Shown here in pieces: positions 32,291 to 41,969 of a DNA stretch of 64,000 bases (position 1 is the stretch's first letter; the number at the start of each line of letters is the position of its first letter). Under the pieces are notes generated by a model that made no database searches, was not told the DNA's origin, and was given only the letters and a program-made list of their open reading frames with translations. The translations under genes and the position numbers were made by a program. Source of the stretch: Spirochaetia bacterium (GTDB lineage Bacteria > Spirochaetota > Spirochaetia > DSM-16054 > Sediminispirochaetaceae); NCBI GenBank assembly GCA_034520965.1, contig JAXHMY010000008.1:1-64000 (forward strand). The letters are read 5' to 3'.

Positions 32291-32499
32291 ACTATTTCAC
32301 TATACCCGACTTTGAAGTTTTCAGCAATGAGCATTCAACATATCAGAATTGACATTCTCTTATACTCTCTTATAATAAAATAGAGGAGTGAGAAATACTG
32401 CGAGATGTTTCTCTCCCATGTGATGTGCCGAATTGGTTCAAGCCGCACGCAGAAAAGCGCGGAAAAGCGCAGCAACAAGCGCAGAAAAGGAACAAGTAG

Positions 32500-34179
32500 T
32501 TGGAGTTATCCGAAGAAGTTAGAAGGCAATTAACTGCTCTCAGCGACGATTTTACTCATCAGCTGCCCAGCCGTGTAAAAGAGCTGCAGAAAGCTCTTTT
32601 AACACTCAAAGAAACTGCCGATATAGAGGATATGAAGAACTTTCGACTCATGGTACATAAGCTTGCCGGCTCTGCCGCAACCTTTGGGCACGAGAACCTT
32701 TCACTTGAAGCGAAGGAATTTGAGGCATATCTTGAAGGTTTTATTGAGGATGCGAATGCTCCCGCCCACAGTGAATGGGAAAAAGTTGAGCGGTATTTAG
32801 AGCAATTGAAAACTGAAATCGGGGACGTTGATGATCTGGAGGAGCTGCAAGCTCCGGAGGAGTTAGAAGAACCTCTTACGACAGATCAAGAAGTTCAAGA
32901 ACTATACTATCCTAAAAACATCTATCTCTTTGGTTTTTCAATCGATTTGGTGGTAGATCTCTCCAAACAGTTGGGTTTTTACGGGTATACGGTAAAAGTT
33001 CTCCCTGGGCTGGAAGAATTAGAAAAGGCCCTGGAATCCGGCAGTTCTCAGCTCATTTTTGTCCATACCCGGCAGTTTGGAGCGGCTGAGTGGTTTCAGA
33101 ACCGGCTGTCGCGACTTAAGAAGCGGTTTGTAAAAGAGCTGTATGTGGTGTTTATCTCAGAGGAAGATACTTTTGATCTGCGTCTATGCTCGGTCCGGGC
33201 CGGAGGAGATGCCTTTTATGTGCTGCCCCTGGATATCGGCCAGTTGATGGATAAAATTGAATCGCTTGTAAACCATGAAAAAGAGAATCCCTACCATGTG
33301 TTAATTGTAGATGATGACCAGGAGCAGGTTGCCTACTATGCGCTTTTACTGCAGCAGGCAGGTATGATCACTTCGGTGGCCTCCGACCCTATGAAAGTAT
33401 TAAGTGTTTTGGTGGAATCCAAACCCGACCTTATCCTTATGGATATTTATATGCCCGGCTGCAGTGGCACCGAGCTTACCCGTCTGTTGCGCCAGCATGA
33501 TGCGTTTATCACCATTCCCATCATTTTTTTAACCTTCGAATCATCAAGGGAGCGTCAGCTTTCGGCCATCCGGCAGGGGGGCGACGATTTTCTCACCAAG
33601 CCTATTAAAGCCGAGAACTTAATTTCGGTGGTAAGCCTGCGAGCCCAGCGTAATCGAAACTTGCGTTACTTTATGGAGCGGGATTCACTCACCGGACTTC
33701 TCAATCATTCCAACCTAAAAGAACAGTTGCAGCGTGAGGTAATGCGCTGCAGCCGTACTATTTTGCCCCTTAGCTTTGCAATGATCGATGCCGACCATTT
33801 TAAGAACGTAAATGATACCTACGGGCATCTTACCGGAGATCGTGTACTTAAATCGCTGGCGCGTATTTTGCAGGATCGGCTGCGGAGGACTGATATCCTC
33901 GGGCGTTACGGCGGTGAAGAGTTTGGGGTGATACTCCTGAATACCGATGCTGAGAAAGCAGTTGCGATTATGGATGAAATTAGGGCCAACTTTTCTCGGG
34001 TTATTCACCATGCAGAAAACCAGGAGTTTAGTGTCACCTTCTCGTGTGGAATAGCCTCTTTTCCATCAATAAAAAATGCGGCACAACTGAACGAGGCTTC
34101 CGACGAGGCTCTTTATGCCGCCAAAGAATCCGGCCGTAACCGGGTTATGCACTTTGATAAAATCTCAAAGCTCACTTAA
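32500..34179 (+). CDS. Hpt-REC-REC-GGDEF diguanylate cyclase
   Basis: HKLAGSAATFG; LIVDDD/LMDIYMP; RRTD I-site and GGEEF. Confidence 0.92.
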   Translation: MELSEEVRRQLTALSDDFTHQLPSRVKELQKALLTLKETADIEDMKNFRLMVHKLAGSAATFGHENLSLEAKEFEAYLEGFIEDANAPAHSEWEKVERYLEQLKTEIGDVDDLEELQAPEELEEPLTTDQEVQELYYPKNIYLFGFSIDLVVDLSKQLGFYGYTVKVLPGLEELEKALESGSSQLIFVHTRQFGAAEWFQNRLSRLKKRFVKELYVVFISEEDTFDLRLCSVRAGGDAFYVLPLDIGQLMDKIESLVNHEKENPYHVLIVDDDQEQVAYYALLLQQAGMITSVASDPMKVLSVLVESKPDLILMDIYMPGCSGTELTRLLRQHDAFITIPIIFLTFESSRERQLSAIRQGGDDFLTKPIKAENLISVVSLRAQRNRNLRYFMERDSLTGLLNHSNLKEQLQREVMRCSRTILPLSFAMIDADHFKNVNDTYGHLTGDRVLKSLARILQDRLRRTDILGRYGGEEFGVILLNTDAEKAVAIMDEIRANFSRVIHHAENQEFSVTFSCGIASFPSIKNAAQLNEASDEALYAAKESGRNRVMHFDKISKLT

Positions 34180-34208
34180 GCTGCCGGCACTAAGCTTAAC
34201 TATACTAA

Positions 34209-34934
34209 TTAAACTCCATATCCTCGTTTGAGCTGAATTTTCCACTCCAAAGTCCACTCCACATGCTCCCACCATCGGCGAAAATCCGGGCTGCAGCGCA
34301 GCGAGTACATTCCAATTCGTGTAGATTCCAGGCTTCTACCAGGTGAAAAATGCAGGCTGAGCTGTGCTATCTGCTGTGCGGCAGTCTGCAGCATATCGGC
34401 CCGCTCCCTGTCTTCAGACTCAGCTCTTTCCCCTTTCGCTTTTTCCGGTTCATTGGCCGCCAAAAAAATTCCCTCCGCCGCCGGAATCGGAGAAGCTCTC
34501 TCCGGAATGGGGGGGCCGGCTCCCTCTATAATCGTGGAGGCCGGTACCGGTGTTCGCCCCGCGGCATTAATCAGTTTCTGGAGCAAGTTCTCCGGCTGTA
34601 CAACTACACTTATATACAGGTGGCCGGCCCACAACTTTACTTCTCCAAACTCAATCCGAGGTGTATCGGGCGTCTGTGGTGCTTTGCCTGTGCTTTTCGT
34701 CACGGCATTATCCAAACCGCCGGCCCCGGTAGAAAAGCGGGCATACCCGCCGCTGTCTAACGGGCTATCGAACCAGGCCAGAGGAATCACCGGCTCAAAT
34801 GCCAGGGCGGAGGCCAGCCCCTGCGTCTGAAACAGCCGCTGCCGCAGGGCCTGCAGCTTCAGACGGGTCTGTTGATTGGGAATGATGGAAAGAAGGTAGA
34901 ATTCCTGCGTCATTATTTGCAAAAGATGACACAA
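34209..34934 (-). CDS. Hypothetical protein
   Basis: Long ORF in core-GC DNA. Confidence 0.55.
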   Translation of the reverse strand: MCHLLQIMTQEFYLLSIIPNQQTRLKLQALRQRLFQTQGLASALAFEPVIPLAWFDSPLDSGGYARFSTGAGGLDNAVTKSTGKAPQTPDTPRIEFGEVKLWAGHLYISVVVQPENLLQKLINAAGRTPVPASTIIEGAGPPIPERASPIPAAEGIFLAANEPEKAKGERAESEDRERADMLQTAAQQIAQLSLHFSPGRSLESTRIGMYSLRCSPDFRRWWEHVEWTLEWKIQLKRGYGV

Positions 34935-34961
34935 TAAATTACATTGGTCAAATAGAAGGAG

Positions 34962-35100
34962 CTATTCTCATTTTGGATAGTGTAATTACACTATCCAAAA
35001 TGAGAATGCCTCCAAACGTTTAGATATATAAAAGTTTGCAAAGAAATTGATGCGAATTTTAAATTTGGAAGTCAGAAGACTTCCAAATTTAGAATCGCTG
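34962..35100. repeat. Hairpin repeat element, copy 1 (two palindromes), flanked by 12-bp direct repeat AAATAGAAGGAG
   Basis: Perfect 44-bp palindrome 34964-35007; second hairpin 35060-35091; direct repeats at 34950-34961 and 35101-35112. Confidence 0.8.
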
Positions 35101-35121
35101 AAATAGAAGGAGTACTGCTCG

Positions 35122-35892
35122 ATGAAAAGAAAAGTTCAGAGGATATCCAGTTACATCACCGATCAACTGCAAATGATCGACGGCGTGGTTGCCATCACTC
35201 TGCATGAGTCAGCCGAAAGTGATATAAACGATCCCTATTTTTTCCTGAGTCTGGATGTCTATTACCAGGGCGCTCTGCCGGACGCCGGTCGGCGTCAAAG
35301 TCTGTTTGAAGATGCCGGAGGCTTTGAAACCTCCTCCTACTCGACGAAGGACCGTTTTTTTATGGAAAAACTGCCCGTACGAATAGAATATAAGCATATC
35401 ACCCGGGTCGAACATCTGCTGCAGAACGTAGACGAGAACTTATGGGCCTTTCGAGAAACCGGTACCTATATGTTTTACCGGCTGGCCAAGGGTGCGGTCT
35501 TGTATGAAAACGGCGACTGGCTCAATCAAATTCGGAGCCAACTCAGTCAGCTGCCGTACAATTTTTGGGAAGCCCTGCGGGAGGCCTACTTTTACCGCGC
35601 CGAGCACTACCTGGTCGATCTAAAATCGGCGGTACTGCAAAAGGACGACATGTTTTATCTTATCTCCCTCTCCGGATTCATAAAAAGCATCTGTAGTTTT
35701 CTCTTTGCCCTGAACCGCCGCTTCGAGCCCTCGGGCCGGCAGCTGTTTCAGCAGACCCTCGCCCTCGATACCCTGCCGGAGAATTTCCGCGGCCGCTTTC
35801 ACAGCATTCTGCGGGAAGACCCCGAGTATCCCCCCGAGCGTAAGCAGGAAATTGCGGAGCTCATGACTCGCAGTATGATAAACTTGATGTAA
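35122..35892 (+). CDS. Nucleotidyltransferase-like/DUF4037 domain protein
   Basis: DPYFFLSLDVY...FLFALNRRFEP. Confidence 0.6.
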   Translation: MKRKVQRISSYITDQLQMIDGVVAITLHESAESDINDPYFFLSLDVYYQGALPDAGRRQSLFEDAGGFETSSYSTKDRFFMEKLPVRIEYKHITRVEHLLQNVDENLWAFRETGTYMFYRLAKGAVLYENGDWLNQIRSQLSQLPYNFWEALREAYFYRAEHYLVDLKSAVLQKDDMFYLISLSGFIKSICSFLFALNRRFEPSGRQLFQQTLALDTLPENFRGRFHSILREDPEYPPERKQEIAELMTRSMINLM

Positions 35893-35902
35893 GGGGTCCC
35901 AG

Positions 35903-37645
35903 GTGAAAGCCTACCAATATCTTTTTATAATAATGCTCTTACTCAGCCTTACGGGCTGTCGGGACCATACGGTCCAGAGCATCGCTCTGGGCTTGGACCT
36001 GCCCGTGGGGCAGGGCGCGCTCCGCTTAATGCAAACGCCTATCGTTCCGGCCGAGCAGGAAGGGCAGCTCCTGGATATAGAGGGGCGCCTCCAATCTCCG
36101 GTGTACGAAGTGGAATATCCGGAAGATTTCTCCGCCCCCTCCACTGCGGTAGCCCTGCGCCTCGAATACCGCTCCGCCATCGACCTGCAGTTACGCCTTG
36201 CCTTCGAAGCAGGGGAGACCCAGTACAACACCCTTCCCTCCGGCGACGGAAGCCCTGTAATTGCAGTAGTGCCGCTGGCCGCCGGCCTCCCCCGGCAGTT
36301 TCAATTCCAAGCGGCGGGCATCGGCACCCTCGACTCCGCCGGTACACGCGAAAAAGGCACCGTCGGCGAACTCTTTCAGGTAGAGGACCTTGCATTGCAT
36401 GAACTCCCTTCACCCGACAAAGATGTGCCGGGCCTTGAAATCTCTTTGCCGGATCCCGGCGGGCAATCGCCCCTGTACCAGCACCGCTACCGCCTCGATT
36501 ACAGCTACCGGCGCGAAGTACTTCCCGCCGGCGCTTCAAGCAGCGCGGGATCCGCCGGCAGCGGCCAGGTGGAGCAGGGGGAGCCGTCGGAGCAGATTTC
36601 CCAGGAGCTAGTTCCACTTCAGGTAAGTACGGCGGAAAACTCGGCCTCTTTTCGGCTGTTTGCCAAAGAAGGAAACCACTCTATCTATTTTTACTCCCAG
36701 GACCTTGAGTTTGACCCCACAGAGTTTACTGTTCAGACCAACCTGCCGGGGTTTCAGCTGCAGCAGGTATCCCGGCAAAGGGTATCGCGAGGGGCGGCGG
36801 ATACGCCTCCTCCGATTCCGGCGGATATGGGCACCATTCTGCGGTACCGACAGCAGGCCTGGCGTCGCAGCGATTGGGAGCTGTTCTCGTGGAACCTGTT
36901 TCCCTCAATTCTCTTGTTCGATTTTAGGGATTACCAAATCCAGGCGGCCTTTCTGAAACGCCTGGCCTTTTTTGTAGAGAAAAAGGGCAGCACCGGCACT
37001 CTCTTATCCAACCGGGTGCTTGAGCCGCTCCACGGATGGAATGCCCATGACTACCGTGCGGCGGATCTGGCAGCTTTTTTTCAGACAGCCCGGGAACAGA
37101 GCTTTTCTCTGAACCCGGAAGAACAGCTGCTGCGGCGTATTCTGCTGGAGCAGGGCGTAATTCGCGAGGTAGACGGGGAGTTCCGCCCCGGAACTGGAGG
37201 CTTCATCTCCCTATCCCGGCAGAGCAGCAGCCGGCTGCGCTACATTTTTGCCACCCACGAGGGCTACCACGGCCTCTATTTCGCCTCCTCCCGGTATCGT
37301 CAGGCGGTTCACGAGGTATGGACTGCACTTAGCGAGGATGAGCGGCAGTTCTGGAAACTGTTTTTAGACTGGAAAAGTTACAATACCGAGGATGCCTACC
37401 TGCTGGAGAACGAGTTTCAGGCCTATCTCATGCAGCAGCACCGCTCTTATGTGGATACCTACTTTAAAGAGTACATTATACCGCGGTTTCTCTCGTTTTA
37501 TCCGGAGTACCGGGAGCAGGCGGACTACTTCTTCAGCTCACTATGGGGAACATTTCAGCCGTTCCGCCCGGTTAATCGAAGAGGCTGCCCGGTCACTGGT
37601 TGGAATTTCCGCCGGAGACCTGGTCTGCATCCGGGAATCGGATAA
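35903..37645 (+). CDS. Hypothetical lipoprotein (likely C-terminal frameshift)
   Basis: Lipobox LTGC; HEGYH motif. Confidence 0.65.
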   Translation: MKAYQYLFIIMLLLSLTGCRDHTVQSIALGLDLPVGQGALRLMQTPIVPAEQEGQLLDIEGRLQSPVYEVEYPEDFSAPSTAVALRLEYRSAIDLQLRLAFEAGETQYNTLPSGDGSPVIAVVPLAAGLPRQFQFQAAGIGTLDSAGTREKGTVGELFQVEDLALHELPSPDKDVPGLEISLPDPGGQSPLYQHRYRLDYSYRREVLPAGASSSAGSAGSGQVEQGEPSEQISQELVPLQVSTAENSASFRLFAKEGNHSIYFYSQDLEFDPTEFTVQTNLPGFQLQQVSRQRVSRGAADTPPPIPADMGTILRYRQQAWRRSDWELFSWNLFPSILLFDFRDYQIQAAFLKRLAFFVEKKGSTGTLLSNRVLEPLHGWNAHDYRAADLAAFFQTAREQSFSLNPEEQLLRRILLEQGVIREVDGEFRPGTGGFISLSRQSSSRLRYIFATHEGYHGLYFASSRYRQAVHEVWTALSEDERQFWKLFLDWKSYNTEDAYLLENEFQAYLMQQHRSYVDTYFKEYIIPRFLSFYPEYREQADYFFSSLWGTFQPFRPVNRRGCPVTGWNFRRRPGLHPGIG

Positions 37646-37757
37646 TGCGACCGGAAAAATTAGTCTCCGCCCAGCTAATGTCTTTACACTCTTGTACTAA
37701 TCTGCTATGTTTGCCATACTTCACTGCAGAGTAATAAACTGAAGGTAGGAATCAAAT

Positions 37758-37985
37758 ATGGCGCGAAGATGTGAAATATGTGGAAAAGGAACAGTAGCGG
37801 GACATAGCGTACCCCGAAAAGGACAGCCAAAGAAACAAGGCGGTGCAGGACAACATATAGGTGTAAAATCCAAACGTGTGTTTCGACCCAATATTATAAA
37901 GGTAAAAGCCCTAGTTGGAACACAGAAGCGGACAATCAATGTATGCACACGCTGCCTGCGAGGCGGGAAGGTTGTCAAAGTCTAA
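37758..37985 (+). CDS. rpmB: 50S ribosomal protein L28
   Basis: MARRCEICGK...GGAGQHIGVKSKRVFRPNI...VCTRCLR (spirochaete-type insertion). Confidence 0.97.
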   Translation: MARRCEICGKGTVAGHSVPRKGQPKKQGGAGQHIGVKSKRVFRPNIIKVKALVGTQKRTINVCTRCLRGGKVVKV

Positions 37986-38003
37986 ATCCGAATAAGATCG
38001 GAT

Positions 38004-38034
38004 AAAGAGCCCTTCCAAAGGGGCTCTTTTTTTT
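38004..38034 (+). terminator. Intrinsic terminator of rpmB
   Basis: AAAGAGCCCTT-CCA-AAGGGGCTCTTTTTTTT. Confidence 0.85.
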
Positions 38035-38102
38035 GCTGCGCCCTTTTAGGCGCCGCCTCGTAAGGGGCAAAACATGTTGCTACATATGTAAGGAGAGACG
38101 TT

Positions 38103-40577
38103 ATGAAGCGCTGGACGGTACACGCTTTCGAGGGAACTTCATGTTGTTCTGCCGACGGGATGGCGAATATTCTGGAGGTGTTTCGGCAGCACCGCAAGGG
38201 CCCGGTGTGTGTGGTTGTCTCGCCGAAAAACGATATACCTCCTGCGCTGCTTTCGTTGGTCGACCAGGCGATTGTTCGTGAAGAATCGCTCTGGGGTACC
38301 ATGGAAGCCCTCAGTCAGCAGATGTCGAGTTTAGCGGACCAACTTGTACCGCCGGACTACCGGCAGGATCTTGAGGCGGCCATTCGTGAGGATTTCCGAA
38401 ATATAGAAGATATCCTCAGAGCAGTATGGCTGGTTCGTGACTCTTCTCCCCGTACCCGTGAGTATATCAGCGGGCTTGGAGCGGTGTGGATTGCCCAGGT
38501 TTTTCATTCTCGCCTTAAGGCGGAGGGGTATTCCGCAAAATGGCTGGATACCCGCAAAATTATCAGCGTCCAACCCCAGGATTATGGAATCGAGGTGCAG
38601 TACGAGGATACCGGTCGTGCCCTCGGAGAGGTGTTTGATCAGGACAGCAATGAGGACTTTCTAGTGGTCACCGGAGGCCTCGGCCGGACTCTCGAAGGTG
38701 CGGCAACCTCCCTTGGCAAGGACGGCGCCGAACTTACCGCTACAATACTTGGAAACCTGCTCGATGCCGAAAAAATTACCCTGTGGAAAAACGTCGACGG
38801 GGTGATGAGTGCGGACCCGCAGAAGGTTCCCGGTGCCGAAATAATTCCGGAGCTCACCTATCAGGAAGCCACAGAGCTGGCCTATTTCGGTGCGGAAATA
38901 CTCCATCCGCCGGCCATGACACCGGCCATGATGAAGGGGATACCCCTGGCAATCCGCAACATCGACCATCCCCAGGCTCCTGGCACGGTTATCTCTTCTA
39001 AGGTAACATCATCCTCCAATAAGCCTGTGAAGGGCTTTTCAATAGTAAATGAAGTCTCCCTGCTGAATATAGAAGGGGCGGGAATGATCGGGGTGCCCGG
39101 CATATCCTCCCGTCTTTTTGCCTCGCTAAACAAGCAGGGAATCTCTGTAATCCTCATTAGTCAGGCATCTTCGGAACATTCGATTTGTTGCGCCATACCG
39201 GCCCATCAAGCCCGCCGAGCGCGGCAGATTGCCCGTGAGGCCTTTGCCGCCGAGCTGGAAAGTTACCGAATTAACTCGATCGAAGTAGAAGAGGAGTGCG
39301 CAATTCTGGCGGCGGTGGGCGACCAGATGTCCGGAATACCCGGTATTTCCGCCAAATTTTTTGGAGCTCTCGGAAAAGCCGGAGTGAATGTCCGGGCGAT
39401 TGCCCAGGGCTCCTCCGAACGGAATATCAGTGCCGTTATCGGCGCCAAAGATGCTGCCCGGGCACTGCGGGCGGTGCATGCCGGATTTTACCTGTCCAAC
39501 CAAACCTTGAGTATCGGAATCATCGGCCCGGGGCTTATCGGCAGCACCCTGCTCGATCAAATAGCCGGAGAATCCGAGCGCCTCAACCGCGAGTTCGGTA
39601 TCGATTTACGAGTGAGGGCTATCACCGATTCTAAAAAAATGACCCTGGCGAAAACCGGTATCGATATAGTCGACTGGAAGAAGGCCCTGACCGAGCGCTC
39701 CGAACCAACCCGTATGGATGCCTTTATCGCTCACGTAGATGCCGAGTATTTTCCCCATTCGGTGGTGATCGACTGCACCACCTCCGCCGACCTGCCCAAG
39801 TATTATGCGGGTTGGCTGCTGCGCGGCCTGCATATAATCACTCCGAATAAGAAGGCCGGCACCGCCCCTATGCCTGAATACCGGCAGATTATGAGCGAGG
39901 CAAAACAGCGGCAGCGTCATTTCTTATACGAAACAACTGTGGGGGCCGGACTCCCGATCATCGGGACCCTGCGTGACCTCATACAAACCGGAGATAAAAT
40001 CAAGCGTATAGAAGGGGTGTTTTCAGGAACCCTGGCGTACCTGTTTTGGAAGTTTAACGGAAGCGCTCCCTTCAGCGGCCTGGTTCAAGAGGCCAAGGAC
40101 TTGGGCTTTACCGAACCCGACCCCCGGGATGATCTGTCCGGAATGGACATTGTCCGTAAAACCGTAATCCTGGCCCGTGAGATTGGCTGGGATGTAGAGG
40201 TAGACCAGGTTCCGGTGCACAGTCTGGTTCCCAAAGAGCTGGAAGATGTGCCGGTTGAAGATTTTTTGGGAAAACTCTCCATGCTGGATGAAGAGATGAA
40301 CCGACTGTACGCGGAAGCTGAAAAAGAGGGCAATGTGCTCAAGTACGCCGGCATTATTGAGGCTGACGGCAGCTGCAAGGTAGAACTGCGCCCGTACCCC
40401 AAGGATCACCCCTTCGCCCGGATTACCGGCAGTGACAACATTGTGGCCTTTACCACCGAGCGGTACAACTCCCAGCCCCTGGTAGTGCAAGGGCCCGGCG
40501 CCGGACCGCAGGTAACTGCGGGAGGCGTGTTTGCCGATCTGCTCCGGCTGGCCGCCTACCTTGGGGCAAAGCTGTGA
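38103..40577 (+). CDS. thrA: Bifunctional aspartokinase/homoserine dehydrogenase (AK motifs degenerate)
   Basis: AK-ACT-ACT-HSDH layout; GPGLIG, YETTVGAGLP, TEPDPRDDLSG, GPGAG. Confidence 0.92.
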   Translation: MKRWTVHAFEGTSCCSADGMANILEVFRQHRKGPVCVVVSPKNDIPPALLSLVDQAIVREESLWGTMEALSQQMSSLADQLVPPDYRQDLEAAIREDFRNIEDILRAVWLVRDSSPRTREYISGLGAVWIAQVFHSRLKAEGYSAKWLDTRKIISVQPQDYGIEVQYEDTGRALGEVFDQDSNEDFLVVTGGLGRTLEGAATSLGKDGAELTATILGNLLDAEKITLWKNVDGVMSADPQKVPGAEIIPELTYQEATELAYFGAEILHPPAMTPAMMKGIPLAIRNIDHPQAPGTVISSKVTSSSNKPVKGFSIVNEVSLLNIEGAGMIGVPGISSRLFASLNKQGISVILISQASSEHSICCAIPAHQARRARQIAREAFAAELESYRINSIEVEEECAILAAVGDQMSGIPGISAKFFGALGKAGVNVRAIAQGSSERNISAVIGAKDAARALRAVHAGFYLSNQTLSIGIIGPGLIGSTLLDQIAGESERLNREFGIDLRVRAITDSKKMTLAKTGIDIVDWKKALTERSEPTRMDAFIAHVDAEYFPHSVVIDCTTSADLPKYYAGWLLRGLHIITPNKKAGTAPMPEYRQIMSEAKQRQRHFLYETTVGAGLPIIGTLRDLIQTGDKIKRIEGVFSGTLAYLFWKFNGSAPFSGLVQEAKDLGFTEPDPRDDLSGMDIVRKTVILAREIGWDVEVDQVPVHSLVPKELEDVPVEDFLGKLSMLDEEMNRLYAEAEKEGNVLKYAGIIEADGSCKVELRPYPKDHPFARITGSDNIVAFTTERYNSQPLVVQGPGAGPQVTAGGVFADLLRLAAYLGAKL

Positions 40578-40767
40578 ACCCCGGCAGTTTTGGAACCCGG
40601 AATTCCTAGCGCGGAGCGACCACACTTCAGAAAACACAGCTTTTTTTCCTAAAACCGCCGGATTGGTATAGACCTTTAGGCAAAAAATTGAAAAAGTGTT
40701 GTTTGACAGCGGTAAATTCCGTTGTACAATGAACATTGTTAAACACACTAAAAAAGGAGTGGGTAGA

Positions 40768-41871
40768 ATGAAGAAAGCTCTAACAGTTTTACTTGTTTTC
40801 ATGCTTGCATTTTCACTATTTGCAGGTGGTCAGCAGGAAGGTGCCGGTCAGGGCACAGATGGCGGTGATGAACCGTTTAAAGTTGCGTTTGTGTATATTG
40901 GTATTCCCGGAGATCTGGGATGGACCTACGAACACGATCGTGGTCGAGAATATATGGTTGAACAGCTTGGTGATGCAGTTGAAACAACCTATATTGAAAA
41001 TGTACCCGAGGGTCCAGACGCTGCCAGAATCATGCGTCAGTATGCCCAGCAAGGCTACGACATGATTTTTGCGACCTCCTTCGGATATATGGATCCAATG
41101 CTGGAAGTTGCCCAGGAGTTTCCGGATGTATACTTTGAGCACTGCTCTGGATATAAAACTGCCGACAACATGTCCACCTACTTCGGTCGCATGTATCAGC
41201 CGCGCTACCTCTCCGGACTGGTTGCCGGTAACGCTACCGAGACCAACGTTATTGGTTATGTAGCCGCCTTCCCGATTCCCGAAGTTATCCGCGGTATAAA
41301 TGGTTTTACCCTGGGCGTACAGGAAGTGAATCCCGATGCAACTGTAAAAGTTGTATGGACCAACACCTGGTACGATCCGGTTAAAGAGCGTGAAGCTGCG
41401 GTTGCACTGCTGGACAGCGGTGCCGATGTAATCGCCCAGCACCAGGATACCACCGAACCACAGAAAGCAGCTGAAGAGCGCGGCGAAGTGAGTATCGGTT
41501 ATGATTCGGACATGGGTCAGTTTGTGGGTGATACCGTGCTGACAAGCCCCGTTTGGAACTTCGGCCCCTATTATACCCGTGTAGTGAGAGAAGCCATGAA
41601 CGACGAGTGGGAAACCCACCAGTTCTGGGGCGGAATTAAAACAGATGTAGTTCAACTTGCCGAGATGAGTTCCATGGTTCCCCAGGATGTACGCGATCTG
41701 GTAGATGCCGAGCGTGAAAAAATCGTAAGCGGCGAGTGGGATGTATTCTGGGGTCCGGTTAAAAACAGAAAGGGCGAAGTAGTAGTAGCAGAAGGCGAAA
41801 AAATGACTGATCAGGAAATGCTGAACATGAACTTTTTTGTCGAAGGCGTTGAAGGAACCCTAGACGAGTAG
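40768..41871 (+). CDS. BMP-family nucleoside ABC substrate-binding protein
   Basis: DLGWTYEHD, ATSFGYMD, WYDP, AQHQD. Confidence 0.92.
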   Translation: MKKALTVLLVFMLAFSLFAGGQQEGAGQGTDGGDEPFKVAFVYIGIPGDLGWTYEHDRGREYMVEQLGDAVETTYIENVPEGPDAARIMRQYAQQGYDMIFATSFGYMDPMLEVAQEFPDVYFEHCSGYKTADNMSTYFGRMYQPRYLSGLVAGNATETNVIGYVAAFPIPEVIRGINGFTLGVQEVNPDATVKVVWTNTWYDPVKEREAAVALLDSGADVIAQHQDTTEPQKAAEERGEVSIGYDSDMGQFVGDTVLTSPVWNFGPYYTRVVREAMNDEWETHQFWGGIKTDVVQLAEMSSMVPQDVRDLVDAEREKIVSGEWDVFWGPVKNRKGEVVVAEGEKMTDQEMLNMNFFVEGVEGTLDE

Positions 41872-41969
41872 CATACTCGCCCGGGAATAGAACACTTAGT
41901 AATCATATAGCCCGGCCAATCGGCCGGGCTGTCTTAAAAGTCAAAATCTTTATAATATTGAGTACACAT

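Noticed and set aside
32447..32490. Short AAAAGCGC-type tandem repeats upstream of the diguanylate cyclase
   Set aside because: Few, imperfect units; no support for function.
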